Shown: one piece after another, positions 22,324 to 39,603 of the stretch | How the letters are laid out: every line of letters starts with the position of its first letter | How positions within the stretch are numbered: the first letter of the stretch is position 1 | From: Anthoceros angustus | Taxonomy: Eukaryota > Plantae > Anthocerotophyta | Assembly (NCBI GenBank): GCA_010909165.1 | Contig: MU008180.1 | Location: 681,884-745,883, forward strand | Length of the DNA stretch: 64,000 nt | Direction: 5' to 3' | Translations under genes and position numbers: made by a program | The notes under the pieces: model-generated | The model's input: only the letters and a program-made list of their open reading frames with translations | What the model was told of the DNA's origin: nothing | Database searches by the model: none

Positions 22324-24192
22324 TCACTTCGACTGCGCCGCAGGTTCATCTCCGGTTCCGAACACGGCTTCGATGTCCTCAGAAATTTCTGCCCACTTTT
22401 CCTGAAACAACACCCAGATCAAGAAGAGTGTCAGGTCCTGCTTGCCATCCTCACGGTTTCGAACCCACTGTTGCCTTTGAGGACTAAACACCTAGGTATA
22501 GGTAGAATACCTGGAAGGTCTCGAACCAGTCCTGCTCATAGTCTGCACGGGTGGTGAATTCTCCTAAGTCTTCGCGAAACCACTCTCTGTTGAAAGTCAT
22601 CAGATCCATGACTTGCTCCACATCGATCACCTCCCAAGGTCTCAAACCAGGGATTTCCTTTGCGAGCCTTTTCCTGCACAGATATTCCAGCATATGAGCT
22701 ACTGAAACCATGTTGCGGTACCAAGCCATTGAGAATTGAATTCACATAACAAAATACCTGACGTCATACGGGATGAACCTGTCGGGCATGTGCTTCCGTG
22801 TTCCTTCCAGGATTTGAGTGAGCTCAACGCCACCGGCCCATAAAAAGTGGGTGTGGCTCGGTGCTCTTTCACCTGGCCACACTCCTCCAGCCAGCCTCAA
22901 GACGGAGTTTTCTCGGTCCCTTAGCTCTATTGCCTCCTGCTGCAGCTGCTTGTATGACTTCTTTTCATGACCCTTCTTTGGCTTCAGAATCGGCAGTCCC
23001 CTGGCAATGTTGTGGACTATAGCAGTCCCAGCAGTTGCAAGCTTGACTGCAGAACACGTATAGCAATTAAAATGGCTCGAGAACGTGCAGTAAGGAAGCA
23101 ACCGACCTAGCGGAAGAGGTGCAGAGCTCACTGTCTGGAGTTTCAATCGCGGTCTGTAGACCATAAATCATGCCAATAGGGGCCCATTCGTCCATGTCAT
23201 CGCCCCATATGAATGTATGCTTATCCACGATACCTGCAGCCCATGCAGTTTTCAAATTCACCAACTCCATAGGTCCTCTCGTCCGCCCCAATCGGTCTTT
23301 GTAATACCACCCTCCCGACCTCATGGTGACTGCAGCACACAGACATCCAAACAACACCGGGTCAGATTCAAAGGAGCGTCAGAGCACGGCAGGCATCGTC
23401 GGGTTTCAGCAGGTCCCTCCTCCTTGCAACAGAACAGGCTAACATAAAAGGTTTTAGAGCACAGCGAGCCCAAGGGTTTAAGCAGGGTTTAAGCAATCCG
23501 GGTTTTTCCGGCTGGCCGATCTCGAACCATCAAAGAAAATAACCAGCATTCCAACGACGCGGTGGACACTCTCAAGGCACATTGGCAGAGGGAATGCAGG
23601 ACGCACAATCGAAGTATCGCTTATCCAGCCAGTTGAATCCAAGCACCTGCTGCACATCAATGGGCTTCTCCGGCGGATAGGGACGCTGCCTGTATCCCCA
23701 CAAGCCGAACTGGAATTGCTTGAAGAAATCCCAGAACCTTTTCTGCACGTCCTCCATGCGGTTCTGTGTCATCCTGGGCAGCGCCGGGCCCCCGTAAGGC
23801 CCCGGCACGTGCGGCAGGCTCCGCCACATCTTGGCATCGTCCTTCCTGGTCGGGGTATCATACCGCAGCCGCTCTTCAGCAAGTTCCTGCTCGGCCAGCT
23901 CCTCCGACTTGATCAGAAACTTGACCAGTGGGTTGTTCTTGAATTTCTCGATCTCCTTCCGGTTGGCCTCAATCTCCTCCGGTGTTTTGGCAAGCTCGAA
24001 GATGCCATCATCTTTCAACTCCTCATCCACCTCGGGATAGGTCTTGTAATCCGGCCGGTACTTCTCTTCCAGCTTGTACTGCTCCAGCCGCTTCTTCCAG
24101 TAGTCAGGAGGCAGCGTTGCCGCGGAGGTCTTGGCCTGGGCGAGCTTCGCCTCCTTCCCGCCCTTGGACCGCCCAAGCCCAAAGAGCCCCAT
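22324..24192 (-). CDS. TIC56: TIC56 chloroplast inner-envelope translocon subunit (GYF_2 domain), spliced
   Basis: FWDFFKQFQFGLWGYRQRPYPPEKPIDVQQVLG and the GYF_2-like GGWYYKDRLGRTRGPMELVNLKTAWAAGIVDKHTFIWGDDMDEW. The 3' end is taken as TGA ending at 22324, though a further exon is possible. Confidence 0.9.
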
Positions 24193-25253
24193 TCTGCCGT
24201 CACAACTCCTCCGCCGGCACCACTGGTGCAAGGAGCAGAGGCTCACGGTCTCGCAGTTTGGCACGGCATTTTGGATAGAACTTGAAACCGCCAGCCCGAA
24301 AATCGGGTTCAGAAATGTTCCTTTCTACACTGTACGTGTGAGGTTCGGAAAAGTTATTACCGACAGGGTCCCGCTGCGTCTTGAGGCCGGCCGGCACTAG
24401 CACCTTGTCAGTCTCCACAAGATATTTCCGATGCAATCGAGCAAGCTTCTTCTGCTGGGATCCTGCCAATCCTTCCTTGCATAGTCTCGAATTCCTGAGG
24501 CAAAGCAGGCGTGTCGCTGCAGGCGTTTGAGTAGGGGATTGCAAACTGGTACGAAGTTTTTGCTGTTTCTTCACTGTCTGGCCTGCCGCGTGCCTTTCTA
24601 TCCAGAGGTCATCCGCTGTCAGCTGCGCATTATGGATGGGTTTGATTCAGCTTTCTTCACAGTGGAACGAGCTGGGATTGTCCGAATGCTTGATGTGACT
24701 GTCAAGTGCTTGCTTGTTTTCTTTCTGCCCGAATTGTTGAGGCCACTCAGATCTCTCTTCGGGGTTGTACTGCTTGCAAACATTCGATGTCTAGAATTCT
24801 AGAATTCTGCAATCGGCCAGCTGACAGCAAGTAATGCACGTTGGCTTGAGCTCGTTTGCAACTGCGTTCCTTGTATCCGGAGAAGGTTAGGTTTTTGGGC
24901 AGACTATGAATTTCGAGTCTTATGCTCCATCCTGAGCCGTACGAGAAATTTCTGATGATTCTAGATGGATTTCTGACGCATTTGTCTGACTGCTTTGCTG
25001 AGATTCAGCTCTGCAGTTACCTCATGGCTTGAAAATTGAAGAACGGGATCATATTCGTGGGCATATGATGGGGTGAAATTTGAGATACCTAGCGGCGTGG
25101 AGTATCCTGCTACTTTCACTTTATTGCTGTGGAACTTGATGAGGAAGCGTCATACCTGGGGCGGTAGTCTCTGGAAGGTGTGATAGGCATTGAGAACCGA
25201 ATTGCTGCCAGTTTGCTGGTCATAAGGACCGGCCATTTCTGCTACTGGAGAAA

Positions 25254-30926
<5,673 letters not shown>

Positions 30927-31732
30927 ATGTGTACATTGTAAATAGCGTGGTTGTGAACGGTGATACCCTGCCCTTGTACAGATTCGTTATTTTGTATGCC
31001 CAACCCGGCATCCCACAGGCCTTGCGCACTACGCACTGACGTCTTTCTGAACTTCAGAGGCGCAGTGGCAATGCTTTCAAGGCCCCCAGCTTCTCAGGGC
31101 CGCCAGTCCACACTAGAACGTGGAATTCCGAGAGATAACACAGTCCGGTCCTTTGTGCAGCCGCAATAGAGTCGGCCAACCCGAGGTGAGCTGAGGGGCA
31201 TGCCATGTGACCAGCTTAGAAATTGGGGAAGCTGCAAGCACCCGTCTTGCGTTGTGCTCCAACTTCTAGTGGAAGAGAGGCCTGGCCTAGCCGCTCTTGA
31301 TGTCATGTTACAGGTGTGTTCGGATTCTGCCCACCTGATGTTTGTATGATATTCAACCTGGGCTACGCGGGTGCCTGTCCAGACTGCCAAGAGAGGCACC
31401 TTTCCCACGAAGGAATCTCTATCAGTCCCCTGTTCGCTATTCTATTCGGCGTTGCTGTCACCAGTCACCAGTGTGTATGGCTTTCATACATATCATCTGA
31501 AAGCTTTCACATTGTAATTCGCCAGATGCAAGCTCGTGTCTGTATGCTGCTGCAGTTCTTTTCTGCGTTGTTCAGGCTGAGGGCTACGAGGACAGTGGTG
31601 TGGAATTTTCCAACTGTAGTACGGTAAGGCTGGTACCGGTGTCGTTAATTAGCTGGTGGTTGCAGTTTTCCAGCTTTTCCTAGTGATGCCATCCTGAATT
31701 CGGCACCGTTCCGCGACGAATGCTTGGCAGAT

Positions 31733-33612
31733 ATGTTTGTCGAGGTGGCTCAAACAAGGCTAGCAGCATGTCCAAAGCCCAGCAATTGTGGCTTCTCAAC
31801 TGGACCTGCAGCTACGAGCAATCAAAAGGCTTGCTTCTGTGGAGTCCCAGCTAGACTAACTCTCACAGTTCAGCTGCAAGAGCTAGAAGTGTCAACTGCG
31901 AAGAACAAACAGAGGCTAGGAGCAAGTGGTAGATCAGTGTCAGTGTCAGTGTTTGCCAATGAGGACGACCGAGCTGAAGGGAAACGAATTTTCATTTTTG
32001 GGATGGGATATACTGCCCTCGCGCTTGCTGCCTGTCTGCGAAGAGCTAACTGGTACCCAGGTCGCAAGTTTATTCCTGATTGTACAAGCCTGATTGCCTT
32101 CTGCAGGCTTCTGCTTTCTCAGTTTCTGACATGTCTTTCTTGCTGTCGTGTCTTGCTAGGAGAGTGTCAGGCACTTGCCGCAGCCAAGCGAAAAAAGAAG
32201 CTCTTGAGCTTCGTGGATTCAACGTTTTCCAGTTCAATTCCGACAATGATGGTGAGGAGCTCCAGTAAGTTGTCTGCACTAGCGCCTTTGCAGTGCTCGC
32301 ACGTAGGCCCGGTCAGGCTTTGTGTTGGCGTAAGCTTGGCATAATGTGACTGTGCAGCAGGCAGAAAGTCTCCTCAGGTTCAAGCCTAGTAACGACTTTT
32401 CGTGCAGGGAAGATGGTTTAAGGGCACTGCAGGAAGCAACTCATGTGCTGAATTCAGTGCCGCCAGTTGGCGATTTTGATAAAGATCCGGTACGTATGGA
32501 CTTTGGACTGTGTTTCACAACATTATGGGTTTCAACGTTTAAGGTGGCTGGATACCATAGATGTAGCCTACAGATCGCTTCACCAGTGCCGAGATACGCT
32601 TAGGGACTATGACTAGGTGTGTCTGCTAAGCAGGTTGTGGCTAACCATTATGAAGACCTTGTGGAGTTAGGAGCACTCGGCAAGCTTCGGTGGATTGGTG
32701 TTCTATCCTCGACAGGCATTCCTACGCAGTGTCCCATCTTTGTGCACCCTTTAGTGACCCTGGTCTGTTTCCTTTTTGTTTATGTGCCAATGGTTCTCGC
32801 AGGTGTATATGGAGATCACCAGGGCGAATGGGTGGACGAAGAGTAAGTGGAAACTGGGGAGTATTTTCACACTGTTGCGTCCCATCGTAAGTACTGCTTC
32901 CCAATTCAATGTCTTTCAGAACAGAAGTTCGACCCTCGGGGAGTCGAGCATTGGCTAGAGTCGAAGCAGAGAAGAGTTGGCAACGGCTGGGATGTGAGAG
33001 TGGCATACCTGTCCATGTCTTTCGTCCTGGAGGCATATATGGACCTGGTCGGAGGTGTGTTCTGCTGGCATTGCTCAACTCCTGAGAGCATGCAGTCTGC
33101 CCACCTACTTTTCTTTGCCTCTCATGATGAGGAAGTGGTTTTTGCAGTGCATGGGAGACTGTGGGTCGAGCAGGCCCATTATCAGCTCAGCAGCAACTTA
33201 GAGAGGGTCGGGGTGAGCAATACACGTCTCGCATTCATGTGGCGGACCTTTGTCAAGCCATACTGGCAAGCATGCAGCTTCCTGGACCGGGGTAAAGCTC
33301 GCAAGTACTTCAGTGACACCACCTCCTTGATGTAGCGTACAGTGCATCACAAGCTTTCTCTGCAGGAAAATTTTCAACGTGGTTGATGATGATCCAGCAC
33401 CACGATCAGTGGTGATGGACTTTGCAAGAAAGCTCAAGCAAGGCTGTGACACGGTGAAGACCGATACGGAGGCAAGTACGGCTATTGGAAGCTCAGGAAA
33501 GAGAGTTGGTAATAGACGAATGAAGGAGGAACTGAAAGTTGTGTTGCAGTATCCCACCTACAAGGCGGGCCTGGCGGCCATCTCAGCAGGAATAACTTTC
33601 CCGTTTGAGTGA
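31733..33612 (+). CDS. YeeZ-like atypical short-chain dehydrogenase / NAD-dependent epimerase, spliced, with probable transit peptide
   Basis: IFIFGMGYTA nucleotide-binding motif, SSTGVYGDHQGEWVDE, VHVFRPGGIYGPGRS, SRIHVADL, FNVVDDDPAPR, KRVGNRRMKEELKVVLQYPTYKAGL. Start codon uncertain. Confidence 0.88.
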
Positions 33613-34107
33613 GTTGGAGTTTCGGCTTTCACTGATGGTCGTCCGGTTTTTAGCCCACAAGGACAAACGGATTCATTTTGAGTCGTTCGTCCTGCTTTCG
33701 GGATCTTTGAATTATTTGGGTGTGGAATTCGGTGATTCGACCGTTGAGCGCGGGATGTCACCGTCCTCCTGGCCCCTTCCATTTTCCGCCAGAAAAATTA
33801 GACATCTTTATCGCTTTCTAGACCCGATGGCTCAGCAAGATTTCGAAAGATGCCCTGAAACCACCCGGGTGTAGGATTGTGAGTATTACGGGTTAGACCC
33901 TCAGCACCGTACTAATTACGGTGGTAATTATCACCGTAAAGTAAAATAATCTTTTACAGTTACATCTTATGGTAACAAAAAATATAAATACATGAAACTA
34001 TCAATTTATTGTAAAATTATGTATGTATTTAAAAAATAATTATTAGTTTACTCTATTTTACTTTCATAGTAATTAGAGTAATAAGATAAGGTAAGATGAC
34101 CCTTATA

Positions 34108-34535
34108 TGGAGATTTTATTGAGGTGAAAAAATGATGGGAAAATCCCATCTAGGAGGGGACAACCAAAGGGGACCAGGGGTCAAGGTGAAGAGGAGCAGC
34201 TAAGCTCCCTACCTAAAGTCACCTACTGCGCCCACAATGTCATATGTGGGAAAGAATAAACGGCCTGCAAACCACGGAGGTACAGGAAGATGCGTCACCT
34301 ACTGTCACCGCCTTGTGGAGGATCCCCGTTGAGAGCGCCCGTTGAAGGGCAATTGAAACCCGTTGTCGGAAGTATGCTCTGGCACGAGAGGGACGACCGC
34401 AGGTGTCACGTGCAAGGTAAGCTTTGGCACAGGACTTAACAAATTTGTCAAAGTCCTCAACCATTGCCCCATACGTTTCCAGTGCAAGTGGAATAAAGAG
34501 GTGGCCCGCTTGCATCGTGCTATATTTGCGGACCT
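34108..34535 (-). mobile_element. 5'-truncated non-LTR retrotransposon fragment with restriction-like endonuclease C-terminus, flanked by an 11-bp direct repeat
   Basis: Peptide KVRKYSTMQAGHLFIPLALETYGAMVEDF...YFRQRVSIALQRA fits the RLE KxxKY / FxPxxxETxG / SIALQR pattern. TGACCCTTATA occurs at 34097-34107 and 34536-34546. Confidence 0.7.
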
Positions 34536-34810
34536 TGACCCTTATAATGTAAGATAGACTAGAGCGCAGACGGCCTTTGGCACACTTACGAGTGCGCCTT
34601 CTAACGGATTGTGGAATGTAGGTGTTGGTGGCATGAACGAGGCTTTTTGTTGGCACACTTGCGAGTGCGCCTTCTAACGGATTGTGGAATGCAGGTGTTG
34701 GTGGCATGAACGAGGCTTTTTGTGAGAAATATGGCTTATGGAGCCAGCTCCACATGCTTTGCTTAAAAAAACACGTCGCAGACTGAAGATCAAGTGGGAG
34801 TTACAAAAGG

Positions 34811-35359
34811 ATGAATACCAGGTTTGCTGGCTTCCTTTTAAGTATGAGTAGCTTGATAGTTAACAAGCAGGCCATTCTCGCACCGGTGGATGATCCGGCC
34901 TTTCCTATCTCTGATGAAAGTTTTGGAAGTATGAATAGCTTGATAGTTAACAAGCAGGCCATTCTCGCAGTGGTGGATGATCCGGCCTTTCCTATCGCTG
35001 ATGAAAGTTTTGGAATTGCTTACAGGGTGACAGATAGTGGTGGATTGTTTTGGCTGGATGTGAAGTACTTGATTGCTTTATTTCAATTGACAGATAGTGG
35101 TGGATTGTTTTGGCTGGATGTGAAGTATTTGATTGCTTTATTGCAATCTATCTGTGATGTCATACATCAACTAGAGGGGGAAAAAATAACCTTAGGGGAT
35201 GTGTATTGGATGTTAGAGAAGCTGGATACACATTTCAACGAGCATACTACCTTCACTTTGGTCAATTGCTTACACAGGACAATGATCCTAGACAAAGGGG
35301 GAGTGATTTACATGGTGATTTACGATGATAATATAAGATTTAAAATAGATAAATTGTAA
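34811..35359 (+). pseudogene. hAT transposase fragment with internal 87-bp and 60-bp tandem duplications
   Basis: FWLDVKYLIALLQSICDVIHQLEGEKITLGDVYW resembles the hAT FWxxVxxxxxxxxPxxxVLxxxxGxxxTxGxVY segment. Duplicated peptides are visible in the ORF. Confidence 0.6.
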
Positions 35360-36157
35360 AGCCACAAGCCTGCCATGGTGTATCTCTGGTTTAGCAACTT
35401 TCTGTCTCCCACAATCGCTAGTACACTACATGCTAATACCCACAACAGCTCAGTGTCTCAGTGTTCTTGGCCATGCCCCATCCGTGGTGTGTGCATCCAT
35501 GACCAGGGGTTGACAACACATTTCAAGCTTATCCATGGTTATGGGTAGCGAGAGCCTTCCAATCACCACAAGTGTACAGTAAATACTTATTTTTATTTAC
35601 ATATGTAATTTTAAAATAAATATATAATTACATATACTATAATTATATTTATTGCTACCGTAAGATATAATTGTAAAATATTATTTTAGTTTAAGGTGGT
35701 AATTATCACCATAATTACTACGGTACTGGGGGTCTAACCCGTAATACTCACAAGCCTATGTCGAAGTCTTCGACAAGGCCGATCACCATGTGGAATAATG
35801 AGTACCGGTAATTACAACGTCGTCACCATTACAACGTCGGTGACGACGTTGGAAATTTATAAGTTTGCATTTATAAGTTTCATTCCAATTCGCGAAAAAG
35901 AAAAGTTTCCTTCAGCTTGCAGCACCTGCCCACCACAGGCGCGCTTGTGGCTCGGAGCACACAACCGTCGCTGCGCAGCGTGGGCAGCGCCAGTCCCAGT
36001 TTCGCCAACGGCGCATACCGCCAAGGCGAGCAGCCACCAATGAACGAGGCCCATTAGATCCCCAGTCGCGGGCCGTGCACCATCTCACGCCCGGGCACTG
36101 GCTCTCTGGATAACGCGGCTATTCGCCCGCCCAGTTTTAGCGCTCCCGTTGGCGTCA

Positions 36158-36163
36158 TATAAA
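36158..36163 (+). promoter_or_regulatory. TATA box of LHCB3
   Basis: TATAAA 77 nt upstream of the ATG, with CCAAT and GATA motifs further upstream. Confidence 0.6.
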
Positions 36164-36234
36164 CGGGGCCTGTCTACACCAGCGTGACGTTCATTCCCGA
36201 CGGTCCTCGCGAAGCCCGGCATCTCATAGCAGCC

Positions 36235-37419
36235 ATGGCCGCCATGACCGTCGCTTCGCCCGTCGTGGCCAAGAGCTCCTTCCTCGGCTCGGCGGCCTCA
36301 GGCAATGCCCTCCGCGAGAAGCTCCCGGCCGCCCAGGCCAAGGTCACCATGGTGCGTATAAGCCCGCTGCCCCAAGCAATGGACCTCCTCCCACTGCAGC
36401 ATCTACCCCCGTTCCTCCACTGACTCCTCCAGTTGCAATGTGTGCCGTGGAATTGCGCAGGGCTCCGACTACTGGTACGGCCCCGACCGCCCCAAGTACC
36501 TCGGTCCCTTCTCCGCCGCCACCCCGTCTTACCTGACCGGGGAGTTCCCGGGTGATTATGGCTGGGACACCGCCGGCCTATCCGCCGACCCCGAATCCTT
36601 TGCCAGAAACCGCGCCCTCGAGGTGTGCATTGCTGTCTGGCATTTTGCATTGCAACTTCTTGGCATTTTGTTGCAATGTCTTGGTATTGTGTCGCAATGT
36701 GGTTGTAATGTGTTCGTAATGTGTTGCAATGTCTTTGTTGTGTGTTGCAGTGTGTTTGTCTTGTGTTGCAGTGTGTTTGTCTTGTGTTGCAACGTGTTTG
36801 TTAAGTGTTGCAATGTCTTTATGTTGTGTTGCATGGGGTGCGTGTGATGCATTTAGTACCGCATCCGGCACTGCGTTGCTGATGCGTGCTTGCGGTGTGG
36901 TTTCCGCAGCTGATCCACGGACGATGGGCCATGCTGGGAGCCTTTGGCTGCATCACCCCGGAGCTGCTGCAGAAGTACTCCCGAGTGGAGCTGAAGGAGG
37001 CGGTGTGGTTCAAGGCCGGGTCGCAGATCTTCTCGGAGGGAGGGTTGGACTACCTCGGCAACCCGAGCCTGGTGCACGCGCAGAGCATCCTGGCCATCTG
37101 GGCCGTGCAGGTGGTGCTCATGGGAGGTGCCGAGGCGTACCGCATCAACGGGCTCAACGGCGTCGGTACCGGGGGTGACCTGTACCCCGGAGGCAAGTAC
37201 TTCGACCCCCTGGGCCTGGCCGACGACCCCGAGGTCGCCGCTGAGCTGAAGGTGAAGGAGATCAAGAACGGTCGCCTTGCCATGTTCTCCATGTTCGGCT
37301 TCTTCGTCCAGGCCATTGTTACCGGAAAGGGCCCTCTGGAAAACCTCCTGGATCACCTTGATAACCCCGTGGCCAACAATGCCTGGAACTACGCCACCAA
37401 CTTCGCCCCCGGATCCTAG
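36235..37419 (+). CDS. LHCB3: Light-harvesting chlorophyll a/b-binding protein Lhcb3; exons 36235-36351, 36461-36622, 36910-37419
   Basis: Short mature N-terminus [24 protein letters not shown]|[53 protein letters not shown] are Lhcb3-type features. Confidence 0.93.
36695..36830. repeat. 21-bp degenerate minisatellite in LHCB3 intron 2
   Basis: About 6 units of tgtgttgca(a/g)tgt(c/g)tttgt..; appears as a 7-aa periodicity in spurious ORFs. Confidence 0.85.
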
Positions 37420-37849
37420 ATCCGAGATGCAGTCCTCCCCAAGCTTTGTAACATACCTTTTTTCTTCTGCGGCTTCCGTTCCTCATTTTTTCTGTCACCG
37501 ATGTCGGCCTTCGGCTCTTTCAAACCAGACGTCAAATAAAGCATGAGTCTTCCTTCTCTTCGTCTGCTTGACGCATCGCTGCGGGTTCGCCTGCAAGCGC
37601 CATAACTTCAAGAATGAGCTCCGTCACGGGCAAGCAGCCTTTCTGCAAAGGACAGGCACTGCATCTACGTAGAACCACTGCTGTTCGGTGGTTGCTTTGG
37701 CTTGGAAGATTCGAAAGACCTCTCCTATATGATGAAGGGCATCACCGCATTCCCCGACAGCCACCGCAAAGCATTGGAACGGGAATGGTAGCCGCAGGCC
37801 AATAGGGAGCCTGGTTAGTAGAGAATTAGGAGGCGGCTGTGGGGACAGC

Positions 37850-37857
37850 TAGGGTTT
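37850..37857. promoter_or_regulatory. Telo-box (TAGGGTTT) upstream of the ribosomal protein gene
   Basis: Exact motif; telo-boxes are typical of plant translation-machinery promoters. Confidence 0.55.
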
Positions 37858-38271
37858 TAGCTTGTCCGCGGCGCTTGAACTTGGCTTCACTGCCGGAGCT
37901 GGCGATGCCGACGCAGAGCGGCAGCAGGTGAGCGAAGGAAGGGAGCCCCCGCGCGGCGAGGGAAGGGCCGGCATTCGCTGCCCTTGCGGCTTGGAGAGCG
38001 TGGAGGTGTGGGAGGCGAGGCAGGCGGGGAAGCGCGCGCGTGACCTAAGGTTTTGGATCGGGCTTGCCTGCCTGCCTTGGCGTCTGGCTGTATGGTTGCC
38101 GCTGGTGGATGGTCCGTCGGAGGAGGAGCGGGTGCGAGGGGAGGCGGATCTGGTGCCTGAGAAATTCGGAGGGGCTGGCGGTGGCTGCTGCCGATGCGAC
38201 GGGCTGAGGTGCCGTGAGGGAGGTGGCGGCATGATATCTTGACGGCGGGGGCGGCGGGCGAGGGCGGCATT

Positions 38272-38940
38272 ATGACAACCAGGCTGGTGAGGAGCAGGCA
38301 TTTGCTGCACCGGGGGAGGTGGCGATGTGCGGATGCCAGGGCGATGCACGGGCAGGCGCAGGCGCGGGCTGGTTGCCGGGAGGAGAAGCTGGTGCCGGGG
38401 CCGGCGGCGCTGCCGGATGGATGGGGCAGGCGGGGATTTAATTTTGCAGCTGTGAGGGAGTTCCGGGTGGGGAAGGGGAAGCTTGGGGCAGCTGCGCAGC
38501 CGGCGGAGGTGGATCCTACCGAGCAGAGGAGCCCGCCTTCGGAGAAGATTCTTCGTCTGGTGGACGAGATATCGTCCCTGACGCTGCTGGAGGTGGCGGA
38601 TATGACCAAGCTGCTGAAGCAGCGGCTGGGGCTTAAGGACTTGCCCATGGGGGTTCCCATGATGGGAGGGGGCGGTGGCGGGGGCGCCGCTGCGGCTCCC
38701 AAGGTGGAGGAAAAGGCTCCTGAGAAGACGGCTTTTGATTTGAAGTTGGACAAGTACGACGCGGCTTCCAAGATTAAGGTTATCAAGGAGGTGAGAACCT
38801 TCACCTCGCTAGGTCTCAAGGAGGCCAAGGAGCTGGTGGAGAAGACGCCTTGCATTCTGAAGAAGGGAGTGACTAAGGAGGAGGCGGAGCAGATTATTGA
38901 GAAGCTCAAGGCTGTGGGGGCTACGGTGGTGATGGAGTAA
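38272..38940 (+). CDS. MRPL12: Organellar (probably mitochondrial) ribosomal protein L7/L12, single coding exon
   Basis: LVDEISSLTLLEVADMTKLLK and KIKVIKEVRTFTSLGLKEAKELVEK...VTKEEAEQIIEKLKAVGATV; Arg-rich presequence. Confidence 0.93.
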   Translation: MTTRLVRSRHLLHRGRWRCADARAMHGQAQARAGCREEKLVPGPAALPDGWGRRGFNFAAVREFRVGKGKLGAAAQPAEVDPTEQRSPPSEKILRLVDEISSLTLLEVADMTKLLKQRLGLKDLPMGVPMMGGGGGGGAAAAPKVEEKAPEKTAFDLKLDKYDAASKIKVIKEVRTFTSLGLKEAKELVEKTPCILKKGVTKEEAEQIIEKLKAVGATVVME

Positions 38941-39603
38941 GGATGTCGGTGCCTTCTCTGTACTGCACAGGGCCTGCCTTACTTGCCCTACTTGTTTCTT
39001 TTTCGGGAAGCAAGTGATTGTCTTGCTGTTCTGCTCACAAGGCGAGGAGATCATTTCAGCAGCTTCACACAGTGATTGGACATGTGGTTGTGAACTTCAA
39101 TGTCTTCCATTTCGTGCCTTTGTAGGTTGATGAGTTGTGACAAGTAGCTGAGGATTTTTAGGCAAGTAGACTGTTTTCGTCTGCCCGCCTGCTATCATGC
39201 ACTTCCTCTCACTTGTCTCTCGCCATTCAAGAAAACTTGTCCTTTCAGTTTGGCCTCTTCCAGTGGATGAGTGCGGGAGGGGTTTTTGTTGTCCACAACA
39301 CTTCAGATGTAGAAGCGTTCTGCACTCTTGTGTCTGTGCAAGAGGCAATACAGACGCAACACTGAAATTCGACACCGTCTTAAAGCTACACTAGTGCCTT
39401 AGGGTGGCGAGCACCTCTTCTCATTTTAGTTTTGTACTCTTCATGTACACCTCTTGGAGAAGGATGTTTCCTTCCCCGTTGAGGATTAACAAGTGTCACT
39501 AGATCCAGCTTGGAGCTACACAAGGTGGGGGAAAAAAATTGAGGCCTAAGGAACCTACGTATATACGGAGATGGGAGGACACAGAAGGAGGCACGGCTCT
39601 CAG

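Larger units (their letters stand above)
33872..35758. mobile_element. Non-autonomous DNA transposon (hAT-derived) with about 110-bp imperfect terminal inverted repeats
   Basis: Left end taggattgtgagtattacgggttagaccc; reverse complement of the right end taggcttgtgagtattacgggttagaccc; similarity continues for about 110 nt. Internal hAT-like peptide. No 8-bp TSD seen. Confidence 0.85.

Noticed and set aside
37887-38909. 340-aa minus-strand ORF over the L12 gene
   Set aside because: Antisense shadow of a GC-rich gene and its leader.
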